Assembly (NCBI GenBank): GCA_046497275.1
Contig: JAWOFX010000054.1
Location: 90,001-122,000, forward strand
Direction of reading: 5' to 3'
Origin: Promethearchaeia archaeon
Lineage (GTDB): Archaea; Asgardarchaeota; Lokiarchaeia; Sigyniarchaeales; SOKP01
DNA length: 32,000 nt
Shown: in pieces, positions 1-9,586 of the stretch
Numbering within the stretch: position 1 is the first letter of the stretch
Layout: the number at the start of each line of letters is the position of its first letter
Made by a program: the position numbers and the translations under genes
The notes under the pieces: model-generated
Told to the model about the DNA's origin: nothing
What the model saw: only the letters and a program-made list of their open reading frames with translations
The model's database searches: none

Positions 1-793
1 CTGTTTTTTCCGTTTTTAGGATGAGTTCAGAATGAATCTCTTTTTGATGACTTAAATGAATAATCTCACCTGGTTTTACGTCTCTTATAAAATCTGCTCC
101 TACAGAATCAATTGCACAAGATTCTGAGGCAACGAAATAGAGATTTCTATTCTCTGTTCTCTTTTCTCCTATACATAGTGGTTTAAATCCTAAAGGATCT
201 CGCATTGCATAAATGTCACCATTTGGTGTTAACAAAATAAGAGAATATGCACCATCTAAGAATTTACTCATTAGCTTCAAGATTTCTGGCCAATTTTCAC
301 TTCCGAGAGATATAGAAGCAATTAATTGAGCAATTACTTCTGTATCTGTTTTAGTAACAAATACCCTTCCCATATCTTCCATTTTAGCCTTTATTTCAGC
401 ATAGTTTGGAATCGTTCCATTAAATGCGAAAGAAAACTCAATTTCATTATTATTAAAATGATAAGGTTGAATATAATCTTGAGAATAATACTCTTCAGAG
501 CCAGTAGTGGCATAGCGATTGTGTCCAATTCCCACATTGCCCCAATATTGAGATAATTTTTTACTATCCAATACCTTTGACACTAATCCTTTTTGCTTAT
601 ATGTATAAATTTTTCCTCCTGTTTTTAAAACTGAAATCCCAGTTGATTCTTGCCCTCGATGTTGTAGAGCGATTAAGCCCTTATATAGATATTTTGACAC
701 CGAAAATCCAATATCATCGCATGTAACTCCAAAAATAGCACAATGCTCTTTTGGTTTATCCTTAACAGAATAATCTAATTGATTTATGCGCAT
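1..793 (-). CDS. purF: Amidophosphoribosyltransferase, N-terminal part (runs off the window start; absent from the ORF track)
   Basis: Manual translation from ATG at 793: MRINQLDYSVKDKPKEH-CAIFG...LQHRGQESTG...GIGHNRYATTG. These are Ntn glutamine amidotransferase motifs of PurF, with a 17-aa propeptide before the nucleophilic Cys. Confidence 0.93.
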   Translation of the reverse strand, partial: MRINQLDYSVKDKPKEHCAIFGVTCDDIGFSVSKYLYKGLIALQHRGQESTGISVLKTGGKIYTYKQKGLVSKVLDSKKLSQYWGNVGIGHNRYATTGSEEYYSQDYIQPYHFNNNEIEFSFAFNGTIPNYAEIKAKMEDMGRVFVTKTDTEVIAQLIASISLGSENWPEILKLMSKFLDGAYSLILLTPNGDIYAMRDPLGFKPLCIGEKRTENRNLYFVASESCAIDSVGADFIRDVKPGEIIHLSHQKEIHSELILKTEKT

Positions 794-805
794 TTTAACA
801 AATAG

Positions 806-834
806 AACAAGAGAAAACTTTTCTAACTCTTGTT
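806..834. promoter_or_regulatory. Inverted repeat in the purF leader / purF-mobA divergent spacer
   Basis: AACAAGAG (806-813) and CTCTTGTT (827-834) are exact reverse complements. A nested AGAAAA-C-TTTTCT lies at 812-824. Confidence 0.35.
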
Positions 835-925
835 AATTATAATAATTATAATTTTACAATTAATTTAGTGTTTTATAATTTTTATTAATTAGTTTAATAC
901 TTAATTAATAAACTATAAGAATTTC

Positions 926-1615
926 GTGATTAAAATAAGCTCAGAAAGGAAATATTTAGCATTCTTATTATTAATTGGAGGAGAAAGTAAAAGATTTGGC
1001 GAAGATAAAGGATTATTTAAAATTGGCAACAAACATTTAATTGAATATCAAATTGATACTTTAAATGAATTCAATTATGATTTATTTTTAGTTGCTCACT
1101 CTAAACACCAAGTTAAAAAATATATTGATAATATCAATTATAAGAATATCACTGGCTTTATAGTAGATGAATCAAACGAATTTTTTAAGCAAGATATCAG
1201 ATCACCCATGCTTGGATTATATTCTTCTTTTAAAGAATTACAAAAACATTCGTATCAAAAATGTTTTGCTATTTCTTGTGATATGCCATTTATTCACCTC
1301 AAAGTGGTTGAATTTTTAATAAATAAATCTTTTAATTTTGATTGTTGTATGCCTATTTGGAATAATAACTATATTGAACCATTATTTACTATTTATCCAG
1401 TAAAAAAAGCTTTTTATAGCGCACGAGAAAATTTAAATAATAAACAATTTAAGCTAACTAATTTAATTAAACCTAATTGGAAAGTAAATTTTATTTCAAT
1501 AGAAAACACCATTAAACATCTTGACAAAAATCTTCTTACTTTTATCAATATCAATCAAAAAGAGGATTTAGAAGATTTAAGCTTAGATTTATTTAAAAAG
1601 TATAAAGAAAAATAA
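926..1615 (+). CDS. mobA: Molybdenum cofactor guanylyltransferase-like protein (paralog 1)
   Basis: LLIGGESKRFGEDKG nucleotidyltransferase loop, SPMLGLYS, SCDMPF, EPLFTIY and C-terminal FININ motifs; GTG start. Confidence 0.85.
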   Translation: MIKISSERKYLAFLLLIGGESKRFGEDKGLFKIGNKHLIEYQIDTLNEFNYDLFLVAHSKHQVKKYIDNINYKNITGFIVDESNEFFKQDIRSPMLGLYSSFKELQKHSYQKCFAISCDMPFIHLKVVEFLINKSFNFDCCMPIWNNNYIEPLFTIYPVKKAFYSARENLNNKQFKLTNLIKPNWKVNFISIENTIKHLDKNLLTFININQKEDLEDLSLDLFKKYKEK

Positions 1616-1645
1616 AAAAATAAGATTAAATTTTAATAGTTTAGT

Positions 1646-2164
1646 TTAGTAGAAGTCTTCTCTTGGTAGGACTCCGCTAATAATCCCGAGAACGCCACCC
1701 GCTAATAATAAGTAAACACCTAAACCTGCATCTCCCAAATTAACTAAAAACGGAAATACATCGCCATATTGTTCACCTATAGAAGCAAGAACGAATAGTA
1801 AATAGAGTGGTCCAGATGTTCCTCCAAAAATATCAGGAACATATAATGCCAACATAAAAACTAAACCTAAAGTCAGTGGAAAGAGAGAGAAAATTATTAT
1901 TACAGCTCTGCTTTTTATACCAATTAATTGTAGGACTCCTGAGGCTAACCAAATTATGAATAATATAACAAAGACCCAATATAATATTATATTTATTCCA
2001 AATCCGGAAGCTATACTTGTTGAATCCATTAATAATTCTGGTATATTAAGCATAAGTCCAATACCTGAACCGACGAAGCCAGTCGCACCAAATAGAGCAA
2101 AGACAAACGTCCCTAAAATAGTGACAATTCCAGCAATAATGGCTAAAATTTTTCCAGCGCCCAT
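1646..2164 (-). CDS. Gly-rich small integral membrane protein of unknown function (about 4 TM)
   Basis: 172-aa ORF with several hydrophobic Gly-rich helices; AAGGTT SD-like sequence upstream. Confidence 0.75.
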   Translation of the reverse strand: MGAGKILAIIAGIVTILGTFVFALFGATGFVGSGIGLMLNIPELLMDSTSIASGFGINIILYWVFVILFIIWLASGVLQLIGIKSRAVIIIFSLFPLTLGLVFMLALYVPDIFGGTSGPLYLLFVLASIGEQYGDVFPFLVNLGDAGLGVYLLLAGGVLGIISGVLPREDFY

Positions 2165-2377
2165 AATTTTTTAACCTTTTTAAGATATTATTTTTTTTTA
2201 AGTTACCATTTAGATTTGTCAAATAAAAATCTTTAGAATAGTATCATTATATGCATTTATATATTATAAGAATTTCTATATTTTTTAAAAAAATTTTATT
2301 TTATTTTCTTATTTTATCAATGAGACAATTTAGAAGAAGATAAAAAATAAATAAGAACAATACTCTAATTAAAAGCA

Positions 2378-3043
2378 ATGGAACAAAAAAAATATTTAGC
2401 AATAATAATTTTGATTGGGGGGAAGAGTAACCGTACTGGATATGAGAAGGGAGAATTTGAATTAGATGGAAAACCTTTACTTCTACATCAAATTGAAACA
2501 TTATCCGAATTTGATGAAGATGTATATTTAGTAGCAAATTCAGAAGAACAAATCCTCAAAATTAAGAAAAAAATTGAATTTCCTAAAGAGGTAGAGTTTG
2601 TCATCGACGATAGGGATTTTTTCCCTTATCCTGGGATCTTTACACCTATGATTGGTATATATTCGGGATTTCATAAATTAAAGAATCTTCAATTTAAGAA
2701 AACTTTTCTACTTTCGGGAGATGCGCCTTTGATTAAATCTAAAGTTATAAAATATATGATAAATAATTCAGAAGGATTTGATTGTGTAATACCTAGATGG
2801 GAGAATGGATTTTTAGAAACTTTATTTGCTATATATCCAGTTACTAAAACTTTTGAGAATGCCAAAAACATTATCAAATCTCAAAAGCATTATGCGCTTA
2901 CTAAACTAATAGATGAGGCTTGGAATATCAATTATATTTCAGTCGAAAAGGAACTTAAAGAGATAGATCCTAATTTACTGAGCTTATTCAACATAAATGG
3001 ACCAATTGATATTGAAAAAATAAAAAGAGTATACAAGAAATAG
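2378..3043 (+). CDS. mobA: Molybdenum cofactor guanylyltransferase-like protein (paralog 2)
   Basis: ILIGGKSNRTGYEKG, TPMIGIYSG, SGDAPL, ETLFAIY and FNIN motifs; colinear with paralog 1. Confidence 0.85.
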   Translation: MEQKKYLAIIILIGGKSNRTGYEKGEFELDGKPLLLHQIETLSEFDEDVYLVANSEEQILKIKKKIEFPKEVEFVIDDRDFFPYPGIFTPMIGIYSGFHKLKNLQFKKTFLLSGDAPLIKSKVIKYMINNSEGFDCVIPRWENGFLETLFAIYPVTKTFENAKNIIKSQKHYALTKLIDEAWNINYISVEKELKEIDPNLLSLFNINGPIDIEKIKRVYKK

Positions 3044-3214
3044 AAAAAATTGATTTCTATTATTAATTTTCTCTATTATGCAAAATGCAAGATAATAAAA
3101 TAGCTAAGAGTTCAAAAAATTTATAAAAATTAACACTTGAATTTATTTATAAAGATTTTTGAGATAACTACTATTCTATTATTAAAAAATATTTGGGTTT
3201 GATTGATTATCGTT

Positions 3215-3595
3215 ATGGGATTAAATATTGAGTGGGAAAAACTTAAGAAAGTTTTAAACGATATTATTGAAATTTCTTTGGATGAGGATTCATCCTCAGT
3301 TAAAATTAATATTTCAGATAAAGATTTTATGGAAAGTAAATTAGGGCGAAACCTTATAGGAAGTGAAGATTCCATCAACTTGCTACTAAATAATTATATA
3401 AAGGATAAAAATATTAAACCTAAAATAGAAATCAATCGAGAAGAAAATTCTATTCTATTAAGTCTTGATAATAATCACGATGCTAAGAAAATTCAGAAGT
3501 TTTTTGAAGATTTCTTTTTTGGAGATATTCTTAAAAATATGATTGAAGCTTTATTCGGAGCTTTTGGAGGAATGTATGGAACGGAAAATATTTAA
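3215..3595 (+). CDS. Hypothetical soluble protein
   Basis: Open frame with host-like codon use. ATG at 3215 is preferred over the upstream TTG at 3203. No family recognised. Confidence 0.7.
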   Translation: MGLNIEWEKLKKVLNDIIEISLDEDSSSVKINISDKDFMESKLGRNLIGSEDSINLLLNNYIKDKNIKPKIEINREENSILLSLDNNHDAKKIQKFFEDFFFGDILKNMIEALFGAFGGMYGTENI

Positions 3596-3707
3596 CATCC
3601 CTCATTAAAAGATTTCTAAAATATTAAAAAAAATTAGATTCAAATAATTCCGCTTCAATCAAAATATTATAAATGAAACATTTTTTAATTGAAAATTTCT
3701 TTTTAAA

Positions 3708-4250
3708 ATGAATAAGATTATGAAGAATCAACCAAATCTTAAAATTCTAATAACAAAACGACAAATTAAGAGCAAAATTAAGGAACTAGCTAAAGAGATT
3801 AGTAGAGATTATGAGGGAAAAATTCCTCTTTTAATAGCAGTATTGAAAGGATCATTTATGTTTCTTGCAGATTTAGTGCGTGAATTATCAATCGATATTG
3901 AAATTGAATTCATTGAGCTTTCAAGCTATGGAAAATCTACAGAAAGTTCTGGTGAAGTCAGAGTTATTAAATGGTTAAAAAAAGAAATAGAGAACCGGGA
4001 TATTTTATTAATCGAAGATATTGTCGATACAGGTTTAACCTTATCAAGTTTATTGAATAAAATTAAAAAGAATAGTCCCTCCTCCTTAAAAGTTTGCTGT
4101 TTAACGAGTAAACCTGCTAGAAGAGAAATTGATGTCCCTATAGATTATTTAGGATTTGATGTGCCAAATAAATTCATAGTTGGATATGGTATTGATTATA
4201 ATGAAATCTATAGAAATTTACCAGAAATTTACTATTTAGAAAATGAATAA
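3708..4250 (+). CDS. hpt: Hypoxanthine(-guanine) phosphoribosyltransferase, bacterial type
   Basis: VLKGSFMFLADL, LSSYG flexible loop, LLIEDIVDTGLTL PRPP-binding motif, FIVGYGIDYNEIYRNLP. The start could be 3720. Confidence 0.95.
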   Translation: MNKIMKNQPNLKILITKRQIKSKIKELAKEISRDYEGKIPLLIAVLKGSFMFLADLVRELSIDIEIEFIELSSYGKSTESSGEVRVIKWLKKEIENRDILLIEDIVDTGLTLSSLLNKIKKNSPSSLKVCCLTSKPARREIDVPIDYLGFDVPNKFIVGYGIDYNEIYRNLPEIYYLENE

Positions 4251-5955
4251 TTCTAAATACTTGAAAGAACTTATAGCTGTTTCGACAGGGGATCAAATAG
4301 CAGACGTTCTAATAAAGAATATAAGATTGATAAACACCTTTAATGGCGAAATTGAGGAAACGAATATAGCACTATATAAGGATAGAATCGCAGGTATTGG
4401 AGATTATACTCAATCGAAAGAAGAGATTGATATTGATAATGATTTTTTAGCACCTAATTTTATTGATGGACACACTCATTTAGAGAGTTCAATGCTTCAT
4501 CCTCTAGGATATACAAAAGCGGTCATCCCAAAGGGAATCTCGACTATCGTGACAGATTTGCATGAATTGGCAAATATAGCAGGAATTGAAGGTATAGAAT
4601 TTGTACTTGAATGGTCTGATAAATTACCGATGGATATTATTTTGGAAGCTCCTTCTTGCGTACCTTCAACCGATTATGAGACCTCAGGTGCAGAAATAAA
4701 TGAAAATGATATTAAAGAACTTTTAGACTATAAAAATGTTATTGGATTAGGCGAAATGATGAGTTTTCCCGCAGTTATACAAGGAAATGAGGATACATTG
4801 AAGAAAATCTTAATAGCTAAGGATAAAATTATTGATGGCCATGCGCCAGAACTTAATGGAAAAGAATTAAATGCCTATATTTCCGCAGGTATAAGATCAG
4901 AACATGAATCGACGACACTTCAAGAAGCAAAAGAAAAACTAAGAAAAGGAATGTATATCATGATAAGAGAAGGATCATCTGAGAAAAATTTAGAAGCACT
5001 TCTTCCTTTGGTTGACGAAAATACTTATAATCGTTGTATGTTTATAACAGATGATAGAACATGTTCTGATTTATTAAGAGAGGGAGGAGTTGATCATATT
5101 GTAAGAAAAGCAATAAAATTTGGTTTAGATCCAATAAGAGCTATTCAATTAGCAACTATTAATCCTGCAAATTATTTTAATTTACGAGAGAGAGGATTAA
5201 TTGCTCCAGGATTTTTAGCAAACATGTTCACTTTTAAGGATTTAAATAATATCAACGCAAATTTAGTTTTTTATAGGGGAAAGCTTGTTGCACAAAATGG
5301 TAACTCTATTTTTAAAGCACCACCAATTCAAAATGAATTAACCGATACTTTTGATGTAAAAGATTTCTCTAAAGATTCATTGAAAATTAATACAAATAAA
5401 ATTCAGAATGGCAGCATCAATTATCCAGTAATAAAAATAATACCTCATCAAATAATAACTGAAAAAATTATAAAAGATCTACAAGTCTCTGATGGGATAA
5501 TATTACCTGATCCTAAGAATGATATATTAAAATTAGTTGTTATTGAAAGGCATAAAGCAACTGGAAATATTGGTAAGGGATTTGTAAAAGGTTTCGGGTT
5601 AAAAAAAGGGGCATTAGCCTCATCAATAGCACATGATTCTCATAACATTATCTGTGTTGGATATACTGATAAAGCCATTACTATTGCTGTAGAAAAAATA
5701 AGACGTCTTAATGGAGGCTTAGTTGTTGCTAATAATGACCATATTATTTCAAATCTCCCCTTACCTATTGCGGGATTATTATCTCCAAAACCACTTAAAA
5801 AGGTAGTTGTAAATTTCGAAAAGCTAGAGAAAGCTGCACATCAGTTAGGAGATTTACCAGATGAACCATTTTCGATTCTTTCATTCTTAGGGCTTGCTGT
5901 AATTCCGGAATTGCGCTTAACTGATCGAGGATATTTCGATCTCACAGAAATATAA
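4243..5955 (+). CDS. ade: Adenine deaminase (amidohydrolase superfamily)
   Basis: DGHTHLESS, DLHE, GLGEMM, DGHAP, REGS, TDD and AHDSHN motifs. It overlaps the hpt end by 8 nt, consistent with translational coupling. Confidence 0.95.
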   Translation: MNNSKYLKELIAVSTGDQIADVLIKNIRLINTFNGEIEETNIALYKDRIAGIGDYTQSKEEIDIDNDFLAPNFIDGHTHLESSMLHPLGYTKAVIPKGISTIVTDLHELANIAGIEGIEFVLEWSDKLPMDIILEAPSCVPSTDYETSGAEINENDIKELLDYKNVIGLGEMMSFPAVIQGNEDTLKKILIAKDKIIDGHAPELNGKELNAYISAGIRSEHESTTLQEAKEKLRKGMYIMIREGSSEKNLEALLPLVDENTYNRCMFITDDRTCSDLLREGGVDHIVRKAIKFGLDPIRAIQLATINPANYFNLRERGLIAPGFLANMFTFKDLNNINANLVFYRGKLVAQNGNSIFKAPPIQNELTDTFDVKDFSKDSLKINTNKIQNGSINYPVIKIIPHQIITEKIIKDLQVSDGIILPDPKNDILKLVVIERHKATGNIGKGFVKGFGLKKGALASSIAHDSHNIICVGYTDKAITIAVEKIRRLNGGLVVANNDHIISNLPLPIAGLLSPKPLKKVVVNFEKLEKAAHQLGDLPDEPFSILSFLGLAVIPELRLTDRGYFDLTEI

Positions 5956-6134
5956 GATATAACGATTAAATATCTAAAAAAAAGAAATTTTTTTCATTTC
6001 TTAAAATTAATAGGTTTTATATTGGAAAATCTTAGAATATTACTGACTTATCTTATAAAATAAATCTTAATAAAAATAATGATTTATTCTAAATACTAGG
6101 TTTTAATAAATAATTATACTAATTGAGATATACT

Positions 6135-7856
6135 ATGGAAAATTCTATAACCATTAAGAACGGTATTGTTTACGACCCGATAAATGATATAGATGGTGAA
6201 AAGCGAGATATCTATATAAAGGATGGTGTAGTAGTAGAAAAACCAGATCCTGATGCGAAAGAAATTGATGCATCCGAAAAGATTGTCATGCCAGGTGGGG
6301 TAGATATTCATTCCCACATTGCGGGCGCAAAAGTTAATTCTGGACGATCTTTTCGACCAGAAGATCATATGATTGATGAAGTTAAAAAAACGAAAACTAC
6401 GAGATCTGGGACAGGCTATTCTGTTCCTTCTACATGGGTCACAGGATATCGATATGCAAAACTAGGCTATACAACAGTTATCGAACCCGCCATGCCTTTA
6501 TTAGAAGCAAGACATACTCATGAAGAGTTTTTAAATACACCAATTATAGATAAAGCAGCATTTCCTTTGCTTGGGAATAATTGGTATGTTATGCAATTCA
6601 TCAAGGAAAAAGACTGGGAAAAACTAGCGGGGTACCTTGCATGGATCATGAAAGCGACAAAAGGATATGCAGTAAAAATAGTTAATCCTGGTGGTGTTGA
6701 AAATTGGGCCTGGGGTAAAAACGTCGATTCATTAGACAGCGAAGTTTTTCATTTCGGAGTGACCCCAAGACAAATTTTAGAAGGACTTGCAAAAGCAAAT
6801 GAAATGTTAGAATTACCTCATTCAATTCATATGCATGCTAATAATTTAGGTCACCCTGGAAACTTCGAGCACACAATTAATAGTTGGAAAACCTTAGAAG
6901 GAATTGAGCCAAGGGGAGATCGAAAAACTACAGTTCATTTAACTCATTGTCAGTTTAATGCGTATGGCGGTTCTAATTGGGGAGATTTTCGTTCGGCAGC
7001 TCCCGAAATTGCAGAGTATATTAATACTCACGATCATGTAACGATTGATATGGGACAAGTAGTTTTTGCTAAGGCGGCAACAACTACGATGACCGCAGAT
7101 GGACCTTGGGAGTTCGCACTTTATCATCTGAGTGGAATGAGTGGATGGGGTGCAAAACCAGGTGTGAAGTGGATTAATGGACAAGTGGAGGGTGAATCTG
7201 GGTCTGGTATTGTTCCATATTTCTTTAGTCCTAAAGTAGGGGTTAACGCTATACAATGGGCTATTGGACTTGAATTAGCTTTGTTAGTTGACGATCCTTG
7301 GAAGATTTTTATGACAACGGATCACCCCAATGGTGGACCATTTATCTATTATCCAAAAATTATTCGCTGGTTAATGGATAGAAAGACTAGAGATGAAATG
7401 CTTGATACTATATCTAACAAGGCAGATTCTCAAACTCAATTACGAGATATTGATAGGGAACTCTCTTTAAATGAAATCGCTATTATGACACGCGCTGGAA
7501 CTGCGAAATGCTTAGGATTAAAAGATAGAGGCCACTTAGGAAAAGGTGCGATAGGAGATGTATCTATTTTCGATCTAGATCCAAATAATAACAATGATGG
7601 GCACACAATTGAAAAAGCATTTTCCAATGCCGCCTACACTATCAAGGATGGACAGATTGTAGTTCAAGATGGAGAAATCGTAGCCTCACCAATGGGAACT
7701 ACTATCGTATCCGAAGGTAAAATCAAAGACAGTATTTTAGAGGCAACCATCGATGAGGTGAAACTTCGTTGGAGAGATCATTATAGTATCAACTTCAATA
7801 ACTATGAAATAGGCGATTATTACACTCCTAAGATTAAAGTCGTAAACGGAGCTTAA
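6135..7856 (+). CDS. fwdA: Formylmethanofuran dehydrogenase subunit A (binuclear amidohydrolase subunit)
   Basis: GGVDIHSHIAG, VKIVNPGG, HMHANNLGHPGN, HLTHCQF, TADGP and TTDHPNGGPF motifs. ATG at 6135 is preferred over TTG at 6123. Confidence 0.95.
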   Translation: MENSITIKNGIVYDPINDIDGEKRDIYIKDGVVVEKPDPDAKEIDASEKIVMPGGVDIHSHIAGAKVNSGRSFRPEDHMIDEVKKTKTTRSGTGYSVPSTWVTGYRYAKLGYTTVIEPAMPLLEARHTHEEFLNTPIIDKAAFPLLGNNWYVMQFIKEKDWEKLAGYLAWIMKATKGYAVKIVNPGGVENWAWGKNVDSLDSEVFHFGVTPRQILEGLAKANEMLELPHSIHMHANNLGHPGNFEHTINSWKTLEGIEPRGDRKTTVHLTHCQFNAYGGSNWGDFRSAAPEIAEYINTHDHVTIDMGQVVFAKAATTTMTADGPWEFALYHLSGMSGWGAKPGVKWINGQVEGESGSGIVPYFFSPKVGVNAIQWAIGLELALLVDDPWKIFMTTDHPNGGPFIYYPKIIRWLMDRKTRDEMLDTISNKADSQTQLRDIDRELSLNEIAIMTRAGTAKCLGLKDRGHLGKGAIGDVSIFDLDPNNNNDGHTIEKAFSNAAYTIKDGQIVVQDGEIVASPMGTTIVSEGKIKDSILEATIDEVKLRWRDHYSINFNNYEIGDYYTPKIKVVNGA

Positions 7857-7859
7857 ATA

Positions 7860-7883
7860 TTTTCTTTATTTTTACATTTTTTT
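7860..7883 (+). terminator. T-rich archaeal-type intrinsic terminator after fwdA
   Basis: TTTTCTTTATTTTTACATTTTTTT immediately follows the stop codon. Confidence 0.45.
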
Positions 7884-7982
7884 ACAATAATTACCTAAGA
7901 TATGAGTTTTTTTATTTTTTCAAAAACATTGTTAAAAACTGAATAAAAATAAATTATTTACTGAGTTTATAGTATTCATATT

Positions 7983-9449
7983 ATGGATATTTGTTTTATT
8001 AATCCGGCCCCGGTTTCTTATATTAGAGAACGCGGACATGAAAAGACAGGCGCATACCCCCCTTTAGGAATACTCTCAATCATTGCCTATCTCAAACAAC
8101 AAGGTTATGATAATAATATTCTAATAGATCAACATGCTACAAAAGAACCTACTGCTAGTGTTCTAGAAAAAGTTAAAGAATTCGACCCAGATGTTATTGG
8201 TTTTAATTCAATTACAGACATAAATATGGGAGTTCAAGCAGTTAAAATTGCTGAAAAAGTTAAACAATTCAATCCGAATGTCAATCATGTGTTTGGAAAT
8301 TATCATGCGACTTTTAATCACAGAAGATTGCTTGAAAAGTATCCATTTATTGACATCTGCGTGAGAGGGGAGGGGGAATTAACTTTCTTAGAATTAATAA
8401 AAACGATAGAAAGTCAAAAAGAACCCGAAAATGTTCGAGGGATTACTTACCGAAATTCGCAGGGAAAGATTAAAATTAATGAAGATAGACCTTTAATTAA
8501 AGATCTCGATTCATTACCCTTCCCAGATAGATCTATTCTTGGAAAAGTTCAATATTCCCAAAATTATGGTGGATTTAATGCAGATTATGGAAAATTTACA
8601 ACCATTCAATCCAGTAGAGGATGTACTTTCAATTGTGCGTTTTGCTCCCAGAGTAGGGTATCCAATCAGCGATGGAGGGGTAAATCGGTTGATTACGTGA
8701 TTGAAGAATTACAATATCTTGAAGAATTAGGATACACAAATCTCTATTGGGTTGATGATAATTTCACAAATAAACCAAATAGAACAATTGAACTATGTAG
8801 AGCAATACGGAAAAATCATCTTGATTTTATTTGGATATCTGAACAAAGAGTGGATCTTGTATCAAAAAACTTAATCGAAAATATGCGAAAAGCGGGATGT
8901 AGAACTATTTCCCTTGGAATTGAAAGTGCTAATCAAAGAATCTTAGATTATTTTAATAAACGCATCACACCTAAAATGGCTTTAGATGCGACAAATACAA
9001 TAAAAAAAGCAAAAATCGATTTTTTAATGGGAACATTTATTATAGGTGCCCCAACTGAAACCTTAGAAGAAATAAAAAGAACTTTTGAATTTGCGTGCCA
9101 ATTAAATATAGATTTCCCGCAATTTCATATATTTGGGGCGATCCCCGGTACAGATGTTTGGGATGATCTTGTGAAATCGGGTAAAATTGATCCTGAGAAA
9201 TATTGGGAAACAGGTGTGAAAACTCTTGAGTCTCCTCTAAAATTAGTTGAAAAAGAAATGCGTCGAGCTTATTTTGATTTTATTATGCGCCCGAATTTTA
9301 TCATAAAACAATTATTTCAATCTTTAAAAAGTATTCATCGATTAAAGATACTCTTTACTAATTTAGGATTCTTTACGGATGTAAAAAGTGTAGAGCGATT
9401 TTTGAATTTCACAATGGATACATGGACTCATGGAACCGAATTAGACTAA
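7983..9449 (+). CDS. Cobalamin-binding radical SAM protein
   Basis: N-terminal B12-binding domain (YPPLGILSI, VIGF, VFGNYHAT, RGEGE), SSRGCTFNCAFC CxxxCxxC motif, WVDDNF, GIESANQ. Confidence 0.92.
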   Translation: MDICFINPAPVSYIRERGHEKTGAYPPLGILSIIAYLKQQGYDNNILIDQHATKEPTASVLEKVKEFDPDVIGFNSITDINMGVQAVKIAEKVKQFNPNVNHVFGNYHATFNHRRLLEKYPFIDICVRGEGELTFLELIKTIESQKEPENVRGITYRNSQGKIKINEDRPLIKDLDSLPFPDRSILGKVQYSQNYGGFNADYGKFTTIQSSRGCTFNCAFCSQSRVSNQRWRGKSVDYVIEELQYLEELGYTNLYWVDDNFTNKPNRTIELCRAIRKNHLDFIWISEQRVDLVSKNLIENMRKAGCRTISLGIESANQRILDYFNKRITPKMALDATNTIKKAKIDFLMGTFIIGAPTETLEEIKRTFEFACQLNIDFPQFHIFGAIPGTDVWDDLVKSGKIDPEKYWETGVKTLESPLKLVEKEMRRAYFDFIMRPNFIIKQLFQSLKSIHRLKILFTNLGFFTDVKSVERFLNFTMDTWTHGTELD

Positions 9450-9586
9450 AGAGATTTAATGATTAAATTCTATTAAATTGATTTTTAGTGATATATTTTT
9501 ACCTTAATCTTTATTAAATTGAAAATCAAAGTAAAAATAAGAATTAACAATTTTAGATAAAAAGTTAAAAAACTCTTAAAATTCAA

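Noticed and set aside
3596-3707. Purine riboswitch upstream of hpt-ade
   Set aside because: No consensus core or three-stem structure was recognised.
5930-5990. Possible frameshift or truncation at the ade C-terminus
   Set aside because: The protein ends a few residues after the last conserved motif (LTDRGYFD), and no alternative frame gives a convincing extension.
7983-9449. Radical SAM gene as the sulfatase maturase
   Set aside because: It has a B12-binding N-terminal domain and no SPASM cysteine cluster, unlike anSME.
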